Below are positions 35,178 to 48,809 of a stretch of DNA of 64,000 nucleotides, piece after piece. The notes below the pieces were generated by a model. The model was not told the DNA's origin. It worked only from the letters and a program-made list of their open reading frames with translations, and ran no database searches. The first letter of the stretch is position 1. Each line of letters begins with the position of its first letter. The translations under genes and the position numbers were made by a program. This DNA comes from Macrostomum lignano (Eukaryota), in the NCBI GenBank assembly GCA_002269645.1, contig NIVC01003939.1:1-64000 (forward strand), given 5' to 3'.

Positions 35178-35924
35178 GCTTGCCACTGCGCATAAATTGT
35201 TATTAAGAAACGACGGAAAAATATCGTTAGCTACATGCAACCTACTAATAGTAGAAAGAATAGTAAAACACTAGGCAAAACTCATCGCTATGCGGAGTCA
35301 ACGGATTTTATCTCAGTGGAATCCCTCTCCATGGAATTCCCTTCAGTAGAATCCCCCAGTAGAATTCACCATGGGGTTCCTATCCATGGATTTCCCTCAA
35401 AGGAACCACTTTAGTGGAATCCCCACAGCTAAATCAATCTACTTCTATAGAACTTTCTGTGGCATTCCTATGAGAATTCCAGCTGTTGAAATACGTTGCA
35501 CACAAACTACTAGCAGTAGATTAGTAAAGAATATGTATACACTAACAAAACAGAACATTTTATTTTCGGATAATTAAATAAAAGTGTGCAGTACAGACGT
35601 TTCAAACATAACAATAATTCTTAAAATTTCAGAAAAAACTTCCCTGTTTCGCTTCGATAGCTTTTAAAGTGAACTAATTTGAAAACCATTCACGAACTAC
35701 CTGAAATCTTTGTGCTAAATAGAGAACAAGATTAACTAACTAATAAGCTAGGATAATATAAAAATCGTTTGAAATACGAGTGTAAAAGAAATATCAGAAG
35801 GCAGGGGAAAGACATGACAGACGAGCACAACCGCTGATACTGACAACAGATTAACCGCTGTTGTTAAAATAAAATTCATCTGTATCGATAAGCTCTATCA
35901 ATTAAACTTATATTAAACTTATAG

Positions 35925-36552
35925 GGCCACTCAGCACATTTGCGTGTAAGCTACTTTCAGTTCAGTAGTAGGATTAACAGAAGCATTTTAATGTATTTTT
36001 AAAGCCAAGGCTCATTTATTGGCTCTTAGCCCCCCCCCCCCCCCCGAGCTTAAACTCTCCAACCGCGCCTTTCCGCACTACCCCCCCCCCCATCCATACA
36101 TGCGCAACTTTGGGAATCACCCGGACGTTTCAATTGGCAACACTACATGTAAGTCACTATTGGCTGAGAGCAGTCACGTGACTACTATTCCGTCCAATAG
36201 CGACATACGTGTGTGTGTGTGTTGCCAATAGAAACGGCCGGGTGATTCCCAAGGTTGCGCCCAAGTATGCCCCCATCCGACCCATTTTTTATTGCCCTTC
36301 TCGGAATTCCAGCTTAAAGCTGCCATGTACATTCCAGTGAACTGGCCAATGTACATGTACATTATGGCTGAACCAATTAGCAAGTTGTTTACGCCTGCAA
36401 GCTTGGGCTTCTAAACTTATCAAAGTCATTTCAGCTGGCTTTATTTTTATAAAATAGCTTATGTATTCTTCTTTGCTACTGAACTGAAAGTAGAAAGCTG
36501 TTTTACCAGGTATATATGCCTGAGTGGCCCATCTAGTTGTTTTAGTATCTGT
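35925..36552. mobile_element. hAT-type MITE family 1 copy carrying a nested family-2 MITE
   Basis: Aligns with 6046-6463; right TIR GAGTGGCCCATCTAGTTGTTTTAGTATCTG retained; left TIR shortened. Confidence 0.8.
36095..36269. mobile_element. Palindromic 175-bp MITE (family 2, short form) with 8-bp TSD CCCCCATC
   Basis: Ends CATACATGCGCAA / TTGCGCCCAAGTATG; centre GTCACGTGAC; TSD at 36087-36094 and 36270-36277. Confidence 0.85.
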
Positions 36553-36589
36553 TGTCTAGTACGACTGTCCCACTGACAGTAACATTGTG

Positions 36590-37195
36590 TCACTGACAGA
36601 CTGTGAACTTGTCACTGACAGACTGTGAAATTGTCACTGACAGACTGTGAACTTGTCACTGACAGACTGTGAACTTGTCACTGACAGACTGTGAACTTGT
36701 CACTGACAGACTGTGAAATTGTCACTGACAGACTGTGAAATTGTCACTGACAGACTGTGAAAGTTGTCACTGACTGACTGTGAACTTGTCACTGACAGAC
36801 TGTGAACTTGTCACTGACAGACTGTGAACTTGTCACTGACAGACTGTGAACTTGTCACTGACAGACTGTGAACTTGTCACTAACAGACTGTGAAATTGTC
36901 ACTGACAGACTGTGAAATTGTCACTGACAGACTGTGAAATTGTCACTGACAGACTGTGAACTTGTCACTGACAGACTGTGAACTTGTCACTGACAGACTG
37001 TGAAAGCTGTCACTGACAGACTGTGAAAGTTGTCACTGACAGACTGTGAAATTGTCACTGACAGACTGTGAACTTGTCACTGACAGACTGTGAACTTGTC
37101 ACTGACAGACTGTGAACTTGTCACTGACAGACTGTGAAAGTTGTCACTGACAGACTGTGAAATTGTCACTGACAGACTGTGAACTTGTCACTGGA
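36590..37195. repeat. 22-bp minisatellite CTGTGAACTTGTCACTGACAGA
   Basis: About 27 copies. Confidence 0.95.
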
Positions 37196-37277
37196 AGCCA
37201 AATGCCGTACGCTCTTAGACCTAAAAAACCAGTAAAAATTCAATCTGAAAAAAACCACTCAACAGTGCTCAACAATG

Positions 37278-39641
37278 TCAGACAAAGGTTCCGGGAGACC
37301 AGGCCACAATACGAGCATCGCAGGCCAGTTTCGGCGAGTAGGAATGCGGCAGATCTCTGAGCAGCGGGTGCAGCCGCAGCCCAGTCAGAGTCTCATTAAA
37401 CAGCAGGTGCGAAGGCACAAATGCGCTGATGTACAGGCGGTGTCGCTGTGGATCCGACAGTCGAAGCCGACTAACGGCCATTCGCAACTGACCGGCCAGA
37501 TGTTCGACTGCGTCCGATTCTGTCCGGCAGTAGATGTTCAGCACCAGGTGAAGCCCGCCAACCGGTACTGAGGTCCAGTTGGCTATGCTGACACCTGTTA
37601 CTTCACCGGTGGGCACCAGGCCGGGCTCCGAGTAACTGGCCATCACCTGGGGCGCGGGTTTGGTGACAGATTTGACAGCTGGTCATTATTAGAGTGACAG
37701 ATGTGACAGATGTGACAGCTATTAGAGTGACAGATATGACAGCTAGTCATTATTAGTGACAGCTGGTCATTATTAGAGTGACAGTGACAGCTGGTCATTA
37801 TTAGAGTGACAGATGTGACAGCTAATAGAGTGACAGATATGACAGCTAGTCATTATTAGTGACAGCTGGTCATTATTAGAGTGACAGTGACAGCTGGTCA
37901 TTATTAGAGTGACAGATGTGACAGCTGGTCATTATTAGAGTGACAGATGTGACAGCTAGTCATTATTAGTGACAGCTGGTCATTATTAGAGTCACAGGTG
38001 TGACAGCTGGTCATTATCAGAGTCACAGGTGTGACAGCTGGTCATTATCAGAGTGACAGATGTGACAGCTAGTCATTATTAGTGACAGCTGGTCATTATC
38101 AGAGTGACAGATGTGACAGCTAGTCATTATTAGTGACAGCTGGTTATTATCAGAGTGACAGATGTGACAGCTAGTCATTATTAGTGACAGCTGGTCATTA
38201 TCAGAGTGACAGATGTGACAGCTGGTCATTATTAGAGTGACAGATGTGACAGCTGGGCATTATTAGAGTGACAGATGTGACAGCTGGTCATTATAACAGT
38301 GAAAGAATTGAGTGACAGACAATTAATAAAGCAATATAAAATAACCTGATGCAGAAACTTTCTCCAAATAAGCAGATTGCCTCTAGAGAAGGTCAGCGGT
38401 TCCTTAGCAACAAGTATATACTGTTGAGGCTTAAACAGGCGGTTCTCTGTACTGCTGCAGACCGACTCTGAGCACAAGAAGTCAACAGGATTGGACACTA
38501 AGTGAGGCTCCTCTAGACTATAGGAAGGCCCAGTAGCAAATCTATTAGCTAAAGCAGCCAGGTAGTCGGCCGAGCATTCAAATCCCAGCTGCTGGTTGTG
38601 CAGCACAACTCTAGTTGTCAGGTCACCGCCCAGCTGATCGAAATAACGCCTAGTATAAGTTGGCAGACTATAGACTCCGCAGCACATTACAGCAGGGTGT
38701 AGGCGCGGTTTTAACATTTCAAACAGTGCTTGTGAACTTCGAGCTGCCAATGAGTAGGCGCGAAAATCCTTGACTGTGCGGCCGCCAGCGTAGGACAAGT
38801 TACGGCCTTCGTGGTTAACGATAGCGTAGCCGAATGACAACTGCGGTGATTATAGTGGATTGGACATGCCTTATTAAATAGATAGATAGATATTTATATA
38901 GATAGATAGATCGTCTCTCCACATCTATCTCGTAAATAACCTCGTATCAGGATAGGTAGTCAGTCAGTAAGTGAGTCAGTCAGGCAGTCAGTCAGTCAGT
39001 CAGTCAGTCAGTCAGTCAGTCAGTCAGTCAGTCAGTCAGTCAGTCAGTCAGTCAGTCAGTCAGTCAGTCAGTCAGTCAGTCAGTCAGTCAGTCAGTCAGT
39101 CAGTCAGTCAGTCAGTCAGTCAGTCAGTCAGTCAGTCAGTCAGTTAGTCAGTCAGTCAGTCAGTCAGTCAGTCACTCAGTCAGTCAGTCAGTCAGTCAGT
39201 CAGTCAGTCAGTCAGTCAGTCAGCCAGTCAGTCAGTACTCACAACTCTATTGCTGGCTTTATCAACAGTAACAATGCCGCTCCGGTGTTGGCTGCTCACA
39301 ATATACTCGTAGTAGTCAGGTAAATAGTCAAGGCCATAGTGAATATCTGGCTCAATGCTGAGCACCTGGTCTCTGTCGTCTAGAGTAGCTAAACGTAACT
39401 GCAAATTCTCTCTTGGAATAGGTAGACGAGACCATCGATCGCGTAGAATATCTTGTCGTTTGGCGTTAACAGAGACTGGCTGCTTTGATGAGCTCTCGCT
39501 ATTATTGACAAATGCGGTAGTAGTATTACTATTAGTAGAATATAAAATACACTGCTGCGTTGTAGAAGTCTTCGTTCTAATATAGAATGACAAAGACAGT
39601 AGGAAGTTCGGACTAGGAGTCACTCGGTTCCAAGGCTTCAT
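37278..39641 (-). CDS. NAT16-like GNAT protein, copy B; exons 39641-39243, 38840-38346, 37646-37278
   Basis: Same exon structure and motifs as copy A (IHYGLDYLPDYY; GYAIVNHEGRNLSYAGGRTV). Start codon uncertain. Confidence 0.75.
37665..38290. repeat. About 31-bp degenerate minisatellite (GTGACAGCTGGTCATTATTAGAGTGACAGAT), intron 2 of NAT16-like B
   Basis: Tandem reiteration. Confidence 0.9.
38960..39235. repeat. (AGTC)n microsatellite, intron 1 of NAT16-like B
   Basis: Near-perfect tetranucleotide run ending at the splice donor. Confidence 0.95.
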
Positions 39642-39949
39642 TTCATGAATTTAAATTGCTTAAATGGATAAAATAGATAGATAGATCTAGATGTAGCAGG
39701 CCCAAATAAACACGTATGGAGGCTTGCTGTTTATCTTATAAAAGTTTTCATTGGTACAACGCATTCTATCTCGGAGCACTAAACTCTGCCCGAGAATTAT
39801 TAGAGCCTAAGTATTACAAATAACAGTAAAATTGTTACATTTAAAATAGGCTGAATTGAATATTTATTGCACAGTAATAAAGTATTGCTAAGTTTATTAA
39901 ATCAAGTTAAATATTTGTACTGATGGCTCTATGCAGGTATTGAAAAGTC

Positions 39950-40295
39950 ACTCGCTAAGTCTATCTAGATATTGAAGAGCCACTCGCTAAGCATATCTAG
40001 ATATTGAAGAGCCACTCGCTAAGTCTATCTAAATATTTAAGAGACACTCGCTAAGTCTATCTAAATATTTAAGAGACACTCGCTAAGTCTATCTAGATAT
40101 TGAAGAGCCACTCGCTAAGCATATCTAGATATTTAAGAGACACTCGCTAAGTCTATCTAGATATTGAAGAGCCACTCGCTAAGCATATCTAGATATTTAA
40201 GAGACACTCGCTAAGTCTATCTAGATATTGAAGAGCCACTCGCTAAGCATATCTAGATATTTAAGAGACACTCGCTAAGTCTATCTAGATATTGA
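39950..40295. repeat. About 32-bp minisatellite (AGCCACTCGCTAAGTCTATCTAGATATTGAAG)
   Basis: About 10 copies, two alternating variants. Confidence 0.9.
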
Positions 40296-41319
40296 ATACC
40301 GCTCACTAAAGTACATCGCTATCATGCAGGAAAAATGAAAAAACTATTACGAAAAGAACAATGAAAATTGTACCAACAGTTATTACAGAGCAAAAACTAG
40401 CCGAGGTACTTAAGTGGCTAATATTATAATTATTATTTTGAAAACTTTCACTGAATACGCTAAATTCAAAACATGCAGATATAACAAAAAATAGATTTAG
40501 ATATTTAATTTATAGCAAATATGCCGATCTGTTACCAACTGTGTTCTCTCTATATGAATCTAAACCAGAATCAACACTTTTACACGCTACAGCGGGTGAA
40601 GACAAAAAAGTTATTTACGCATATATTTATTATAGGTAAAAAAAACACAGAACAGCACTCACTACTAAAGTCACAGCGGCAGACGAAACAAAAATTTCAC
40701 CCTCTGAGAGAGAATTCAGTAAAGTAGCAAAAAGTGTCATGCACGAACAAATATTCAAGTGGCTCGTAGTATTTTCAAAACACACAATGAATATATGAAT
40801 AGTTTCGTAGGGTTTCGCAGAAATATACATACTTATATTATTAAAACTTGATACAAAACGTATCCATATGCACAAGGGTAACCGCGCAAAAAAAGACCAA
40901 CAACACACAACTTCAGCTGTTTCAAACTGCATGCAAAATAAAACAAATACAATAATGAAAGCTATTAATCTGTGAATTGATGAGAAAGTTTGCATGATTT
41001 TACTAGCAAATACGCTCGATTTAAAATTGAAATCAGCTGCAGATCCGAGCAAGGCAGTAAAGGGAAAGACTGTAATAAATACATATTTATTTAACTTTTT
41101 AGTTACTTTCTGTATTAGTAACAAATTTTTAATCAAATGTGAATCAAAACTACGGCCTGAAGTTAAGGAGACAGGGAGGGTAGGAGAGTGTAGAAAATCT
41201 GCGAGAGGCTATAGCTCTCTATGAGAAGCTACAGAAATCTAGCAGGGCATGGATGTCTAGATGGTATAGGCATATAGGACAGAGCATAGAGACCTAGGAG
41301 AGGGTATATAGATAGTTAG

Positions 41320-41785
41320 GAGAGGGTATAGACATCTAACAGAGAGTATAAACATCTAAAAGATAGTATAGACATCTAACAGAGAGTATAGGCATCTAAC
41401 AGAGTATAGGCACCTATACTAGGGTATAGGCATCTAACAGAGTATAGGCACCTATACTAGGGTACAGGCATCTAACAGAGTATAGGCACCTGTACTAGGG
41501 TACAGGCATCTAACAGAGTATAGGCACCTATACTAGGGTACAGGCATCTAACAGAGTATAGGCACCTGTACTAGGGTACAGGCATCTAACAGAGTATAGG
41601 CACCTGTACTAGGGTATAGGCATCTAACAGAGTATAGGCACCTGTACTAGGGTATAGGCATCTAACAGAGTATAGGCACCTGTACTAGGGTATAGGCATC
41701 TAACAGAGTATAGGCACCTGTACTAGGGTATAGGCATCTAACAGAGTATAGGCACCTGTACTAGGGTATAGGCATCTAACAGATA
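41320..41785. repeat. 38-bp minisatellite (GGCATCTAACAGAGTATAGGCACCTGTACTAGGGTATA)
   Basis: About 10 copies plus a degenerate lead-in. Confidence 0.9.
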
Positions 41786-42399
41786 TGGTAAGCTAGAAGC
41801 TAGTTACATAAATGGAGTCGAGAGAGAGTTTAGAAATTGAGTGGAGTAGACAAATCATAAAATGAAGCGAATTGTTATTTTAACAGTACAAGAACCTTCG
41901 TTGATCGAAGGTTCACAACCCTGGATAAAGAGTTGAAAAAACACAAAATTGATTTGTTATAAATATACATCACACGAGAACATATTGTATTATACGCAAA
42001 AAAACTTTAAATAAAGCGGTGAAAACTAAAAAACGATGTGAACGTAAAAATTAAATTACATTCGATGGACAAGTACGGTTTGTGACAACAGGATTTTGCA
42101 GAAAACTGAAAATAAGATTTCTATTAAAGTTATTTTATTGCCGATTCTGATTTTACCAGACTTGCAAAAAACAGCGTTATTGCATTTTTTAAAAAAAACT
42201 TTAAAGAACAAGGCTTGGTGTGACAAAAAAACAGAAAACATAAAAATGGTTCGGCTGCTTGAAGACTTGCGCACGCAAAAGTGCAATGCTGATGAAATTT
42301 ATATTACGATGTATAGCAAGACGCAAAAATACGCGATATGCTACTTGTACGACTTTGTAAGTTGTAAAGATAGGATGCTGTCTTTTTGAAAGTTTATTG

Positions 42400-43075
42400 G
42401 GGCTGAGTGGGGCTTGCAGATAGGAGGCAGTGTACATTGGGGCTGAGTGGGGTTTGTGGGGAGGCGGCAGTGTACATTGGGGCTGAGTGGGGTTTGTGGG
42501 GAGGAGGCAGTGTACATTGGGGCTGAGTGGGGTTTGTGGGGAGGAGGCAGTGTACATTGGGGCTGAGTGGGGTTTGTGGGGAGGAGGCAGTGTACATTGG
42601 GGCTGAGTGGGGTTTGTGGGGAGGAGGCAGTGTACATTGGAGCTGAGTGGGGTTTGTGGGGAGGAGGCAGTGTACATTGGGGCTGAGTGGGGTTTGTGGG
42701 GAGGAGGCAGTGTACATTGGAGCTGAGTGGGGTTTGTGGGGAGGAGGCAGTGTACATTGGGGCTGAGTGGGGTTTGTGGGGAGGAAGCAGTGTACATTGG
42801 AGCTGAGTGGGGTTTGTGGGGAGGAGGCAGTGTACATTGGGGCTGAGTGGGGTTTGTGGGGAGGAGGCAGTGTACATTGGGGCTGAGTGGGGTTTGTGGG
42901 GAGGAGGCAGTGTACATTGGAGCTGAGTGGGGTTTGTGGGGAGGAGGCAGTGTACATTGGGGCTGAGTGGGGTTTGTGGGGAGGAGGCAGTGTACATTGG
43001 AGCTGAGTGGGGTTTGTGGGGAGGAGGCAGTGTACATTGGGGCTGAGTGGGGTTTGTGGGGAGGCGGCAGCATAC
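42400..43075. repeat. 40-bp G-rich minisatellite (GCAGTGTACATTGGGGCTGAGTGGGGTTTGTGGGGAGGAG)
   Basis: About 17 copies. Confidence 0.95.
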
Positions 43076-43541
43076 ATCAGTAAATTGTCATTGTTGTGTA
43101 AGTTTGATTTTTCGAATGAATATACACAGCATGTTTCGATATTTACGAAACTGCAATTTCAAATAGTTTCATAAATTCAAGATTAAAAATTCACTAACAA
43201 AACAAAGTTTGTATCAGAAGTACTAATACGAATAAAAAAGTTAATCCATACTAAAATAAGTAAAGCGAGATCATAACAGGTTTGAAAAAAAGAAAGCGCG
43301 CACAAATCCTTAGAGAAAATGCTCGCGTTTTCTAAACGAGAATAACAAAACAATAAAAGAGTTCTATTTGTGCCAGATTGCAAATAGGTTGCGCTGTGTT
43401 ATGCAGTATTATAACGTAGATATCTATCATATTTACAATATCAAGTGTGTCGTTATAAAATTATGAAAAAAAACTGTACTATCATAGTTTATTTAAGCGA
43501 AATGGTAAACAAAAAACGTTCTTGCGGTTCAAGTCTATTAA

Positions 43542-46500
43542 TCACAGTAGCGTGGCCCGAGCCTGCTGCTGCTGCTGCTGCTGATGCCCAGGCGGTAACA
43601 ATTGAATTCCACCGTTGCCACTAACGCTGATGCTGCCGTTGCCATGGTGATAGTATTTTTTACCGTTGCTACTATTAGCAGTAGAATATCCGCGCTGTTG
43701 CTGCTGTTGATGATGAAATCCGTTAGTGTGAGATTCGGCCTTCTGAGAGGAACTGCTTGAGACAACCCAGACTACAATTTTATCCTCCCAAACTGGAACT
43801 ACTTGATTGTCGTCGGCAACTTCGATTTTTGTTGGTTTTTGTAGCTGTTGCTGCTGCTGCTGCTGCTGTTGCGGCACCTTGAACAGGTAGCGCCAAGGAC
43901 TGAATTGGGGCCCACCGGACTGCTGCTGATGCTGAGAAGAATTTGGCGGAAGCTGGATGCAACGTTTGATGTCGCCCAGTGTTACCTGTAGATTAGTTTG
44001 TAAATTTATTGATATTTTATTCATTTATATTAGAGATTAAGGCAACTAAAAATACAATCAACAATAACTGGATGAAGAGAAGATCGAGCTGCAGGACCTG
44101 GTGATGACGCTGAATGGTAGATGATGAAGCTGTGTTACCTGGTGATGAAGCTGAATGAATAGATGATGAAGCTGTGTTACCTGATGATGAAGCTGAATGA
44201 ATAGATGATGAAGCAGTGCTACCTGGTGATAAAGCTGACTGAATAGATGATGAAGCTGTGTTACCTGATGATGAAGCTGAATGAATAGATGATGAAGCTG
44301 TGCTACCTGGTGATAAAGCTGAATGAATAGATGATGAAGCTGTGCTACCTGGTGATAAAGCTGAATGAATAGATGATGAAGCTGTGTTACCTGGTGATGA
44401 AGCTGAATGAATAGATAATGTAGCTGTGCTACCTGGTGATGAAGCTGTATGATCTAGTGAGGATGAAGCTGTATGATCTAGTGATGATGAAGCTGTATGA
44501 TCAAGTGATGATGAAGCTGTATGATCTAGTGATGATGAAGCTGTATGATCTAGTGAGGATGAAGCTGAATGATCAAGTGAGGATGAAGCTGTATGATCAA
44601 GTGAGGATGAAGCTGAATGGCTACTAGATAATAAAGCTGGATTATGATATGATAAAGCCGTAGAAGCCACAGGTGATGATGACGCCAAATAACAATGATA
44701 AAACTGTATGACACAATTAAATAAAAATCTCTAAGACTGAATGACACAACAATTGCGGTGAATTCTTACCTGCCCAATAGGCTTAGGGATATTAAGCAGG
44801 TACGGCGCGGCACTCCGCTCAGTATAGTACAGACACCTGGTACTAACTGGCCCACCACTACTAGTACTACTAATGCCAATTGCCGAACCAGTAGTATCTG
44901 GCACATCTAATCGATGTATAGGAAAACCAGGCACAGCAGACAACGGCAATCGTTTTAATTGCATTTTACGTTGCTGTGGAGTTAAACTTTGCTGACTAGC
45001 CGATGTAGTAGCGCTAGAATTAGCTGAGGACAGGTGCAAAGCGTGCTCCAGGGTGTCTAGCACCACCTGTGAACCGGTGTCGCCAGGTGGCAGAGCCAAT
45101 CTCAACCGACTGATGCACTGGGCAGCCACGGCTGCCTCGGATCCGGCAGAGTCGCCGACAGAATGAGCATCACCAGCGCCAGCAGTGGAAGTAGTAGCAG
45201 ACTCAGAATTTGAGCATTTCAATCGATCCAACTCGCTGCTCAGAGCGGCTACGCACTGCTGATGCTCAGCTACTAGGCGGCGAAGTCGTTCATTGTCGTT
45301 ACGAGCGGCGGCGGCTTCGCGTTCGGCCATTTCGCGACGCTGTTCGCTGTAGCGCAGAGTGTATTGCAGCTCTTCGACCTTGGGGAGTTTGGGATGGAGT
45401 TCGAGTAGCATTGTACATAACCGTGAGGGATTATGACATCATTGGGGAGATGGAATCTATGGTTCAAAAATTCAGAATCAAGACTCTCGCACTTCAGGAT
45501 TATGACTCTTGAACTTCAGGACCAAGAGTATCGAAGCTCAGGGATCAAGACTCTTAGACTCCAGGACCAATACTCTTAGACTTCAAGATTCATACTCTTA
45601 GACTTCAAGATTCATAGTCTTAGACTTCAGGATTCATACTCTTAGACTTCAGGATTCATACTCTTAGACTTCAAGATTCATACTCTTAGACTTCAGGATT
45701 CATACTATTAGACTTCAGGATTCATACTCTTAGACTTCAAGATTAATACTCTTAGCCTTCAGGATTCATACTATTAGACTTCAAGATTCATACTCTTAGC
45801 CTTCAGGATTCATACTATTAGACTTCAAGATTCATACTCTTAGACTTCAAGATTCATACTCTTAGACTTCAGGATTCATACTCTTAGCCTTCAGGATTCA
45901 TACTCTTAGACTTCAAGATTCATAGTCTTGGACTTCAGGATTCATACTCTTAGACTTCAGGATTCATACTCTTAGACTTCAAGATTCATACTCTTAGACT
46001 TCAGGATTCATACTCTTAGACTTCAAGATTAATACTCTTAGCCTTCAGGATTCACACTATTAGACTTCAAGATTCATACTCTTAGACTTCAAGATTCATA
46101 CTCTTAGACTTCAGGATTCATACTCTTAGACTTCAGGATTCATACTCTTAGACTTCAGGATTCATACTCTTAGACTTCAAGATTCATACTCTTAGACTTC
46201 AAGATTAATACTCTTAGCCTTCAGGATTCATACTATTAGACTTCAGGATAAAGACTCCTATGCGTCAGGATACAGACCCTCAGGCAGTCAGGCTTCAGGA
46301 TCAAGAGCCTTATGCTTCAGGATCAAGACTCTCAGACTTCAGGATCAAGAGCCTCATGCTTCAGGATCAAGAATATCATGCTTCAGGATCAAGAGCCCCA
46401 TACTTCAGGATAAAGACTCTCAGAATTCAGGATCAATAATCTCAGACTTCAGGATCAAGAGCCTCATGCTTCAGGATCAAGAATCTCAGGCTTCAGGATC

Positions 46501-47898
46501 AAGAGCCTCATGCTTCAGGATCAAGACTCTCAGAATTCAGGAACAAGAATCTCATGCTTCAGGATCAAGACTCTCAGACTTCAGGATCAAGAATATCATG
46601 CGTCAGGATCAAGAATATCATGCGTCAGGATCAAGAGCCTCATGCTTCAGGATAAAGACTCTCAGAATTCAGGATCAATAATCTCAGACTTCAGGATCAA
46701 GAGCCTCATGCTTCAGGATCAAGAATCTCAGGCTTCAGGATCAAGACTCTCAAAATTCAGGATCAAGAATCTCAGGCTTCAGGATCAAGAATATCATGCT
46801 TCAGGATCAAGAGCCTCATGCTTCAGGATCAAGACTCAGAATTCAGGATCAAGAATCTCAGGCTTCAGGATCAAGAATCCCAGGCTTCAGGATAAAGACT
46901 CCCAGCCTTTAGGATGAAGACTTTTAGGCTTTAAGACACAGACTCTCAGGCTTCAGAAACAAAGCTCGGGAATATAATCAGAGCTTTAAGCAAGGCGCTG
47001 CAGTGTTCAACACAATTTTAGGGTTCAGAATGATGGAATCTCGACAGAAATCAAACAAATCTACCTTTAGCGTCAGTTCATCCACCGTCTGCTGCTGTTG
47101 CTTCTGTTGCTCCTGCTGGTGCATCTTGTCGCCGCTGCCGCAGAAACAGCCGTCCATTCCTGAATGATTCGACGAACAGTTGGATTCCGCAGACATTGGA
47201 GAAGCTGCACCAGACGACAGAGCGTCCTGCAACCGTAGTATAAGGCTGCGCATCTCTTTCAATTCACTTCTGGCCTCTTCCAATTCGCTGCCATTGCCGC
47301 TAGCAGACGAGGCCGCTGTAGAACCGAAGCCTAGCAACTGAGCAGTAGGTGAGCTGGCATGAGAACCGGCAGATATTGTAGGCGTAGCTCCGTGTCTGGG
47401 ACTGTTGCAGCCGCTAGATAGCCAACCGGAAGCTGGCGTCTCTTCGCCATTATTATTATGATTATTAGCCGATGACAGCTTCTTTCTAGCTCGGGACAGA
47501 GTAGCTCCGTCGGCGGCTTGTTGCTGTTGAGCGGCCTGCTTTTGATGCCGAACAGAAGCTGGCTTATAGTGAGCAGCTAATGCCAATATTAATCTCATAA
47601 CAGCTTTAACATCGCCTGACATGACTACGCGCGGTTCAATGCGATGCATTCTGATTCGGCGGGATCGCATGAAATCCAGCACTACTAGGATGTTCTGCTC
47701 TCGATCGTAGTCGTCTATGGGATACCAGATGATGTCTTCTAGTTTAACGTCGGCAACAGTTTCAACTAAGACTGCTAGGCTGGTGCCGTTTAATATGCTG
47801 GGATCTGTTAGATCTTTTACTAGCGGATAGCCTGGTCGCTTCTTCAACTGACTGTTCACCCAGGCTGTGTAGGATGGCACCTGTTGGCTCCAGTCCAT
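43542..47898 (-). CDS. DIXDC1: Dixin/Ccd1 (CH domain, coiled coil, DIX domain); exons 47898-47065, 45378-44770, 43985-43542
   Basis: YTAWVNSQLKKRPG...IRMHRI...VMRLILALAAHYKP (CH domain); TRCLYYTERSAAPYLLNIPK|VTLGDIK...YLFK...VPVWEDKIVVWV (DIX); phase-0 GT-AG introns. Confidence 0.92.
44090..44640. repeat. Compound 39-bp and 24-bp GATGAAGCTG minisatellites in DIXDC1 intron 2
   Basis: Tandem reiteration; source of the Ser-rich ORF 44017-44688. Confidence 0.85.
45480..46940. repeat. 22-bp minisatellite with two sub-families (CTTCAGGATTCATACTCTTAGA, then CTTCAGGATCAAGACTCTCAGA) in DIXDC1 intron 1
   Basis: About 65 units; variant switch near 46270. Confidence 0.95.
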
Positions 47899-48069
47899 GA
47901 TTGAGCGGCGCCTTTGACGTATGGATTATTTTTGGATAAATTGACTTTTAGGTGTCTTGTATTGATCTCGGCATGAACAGTTGGGTCAAGTATCAATGGT
48001 TATGACGCAAAATAATTTATAAATTTGTCTATAAAACTATAGCCTTGTGTACATTTGCTGTATTGATTA

Positions 48070-48400
48070 AGGTCTAGGCTCCTGCTGATAGCATATGTAC
48101 ATCGGCAGGATTTATTAGGGTCCAGGCTCCTGCTGACTAGCATATGTACATTGGCTGGATTGATTAGGGTCCAGGCTCCTGCTGACTAGCATATGTACAT
48201 TGGCTGGATTGATTAGGGTCTAGGCTCCTGCTGACTAGCATACGTACATTGGCTGGGTTGATTAGGGTCTAGGCTCCTGCTGACTAGCATACGTACATTG
48301 GCTGGGTTGATTAGGGTCTAGGCTCCTGCTGACTAGCATATGTACATTGGCTGGATTGATTAGGGTCTAGGCTCCTGCTGACTAGCATATGTACATTGCA
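48070..48400. repeat. 49-bp tandem repeat upstream of DIXDC1
   Basis: GGGTCCAGGCTCCTGCTGACTAGCATATGTACATTGGCTGGATTGATTA, about 6 copies. Confidence 0.9.
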
Positions 48401-48809
48401 CAATTACTAAAATGAGTAGATGTAATTTTAGGGTAACTGCAATTAACAAACAACTGTTTACAGCTACAACTGCACAAAAAATAATAAAGAAGAGCATTGT
48501 AAGTGTTTTTTGTATTATGAGGCCACAAATTACAATTGAAAATCAAGCAATGCTTCAAGATTTTGATTGAAAACAGAAAACCCTACTTCGCGATGAGAAA
48601 ATACTACTAACATTTGAAATAGTCTACTTAAGTAGAAACAATGACTTCGCGGAATATATAGGTGCAAAACGTTTGAGGAACATTAAGAAAACAGGTGACA
48701 AACAAACTGGGTAAAAATATCTTATCTAAACGAAATAAAAAATCAATGATGTACAGTTGACAATCATGATTAATCCTTAAACGAAGTTGATGTGGCTTGA
48801 AGAATATAC

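Noticed and set aside
40521-42389. Short AT-rich ORFs in intergenic DNA (also 63643-63933)
   Set aside because: No motifs, splice support or coding-like composition.
44017-44688. 223-aa Ser-rich ORF inside DIXDC1
   Set aside because: Lies between well-defined phase-0 splice sites of intron 2, which falls within the DIX domain; built from 24- and 39-bp tandem units.
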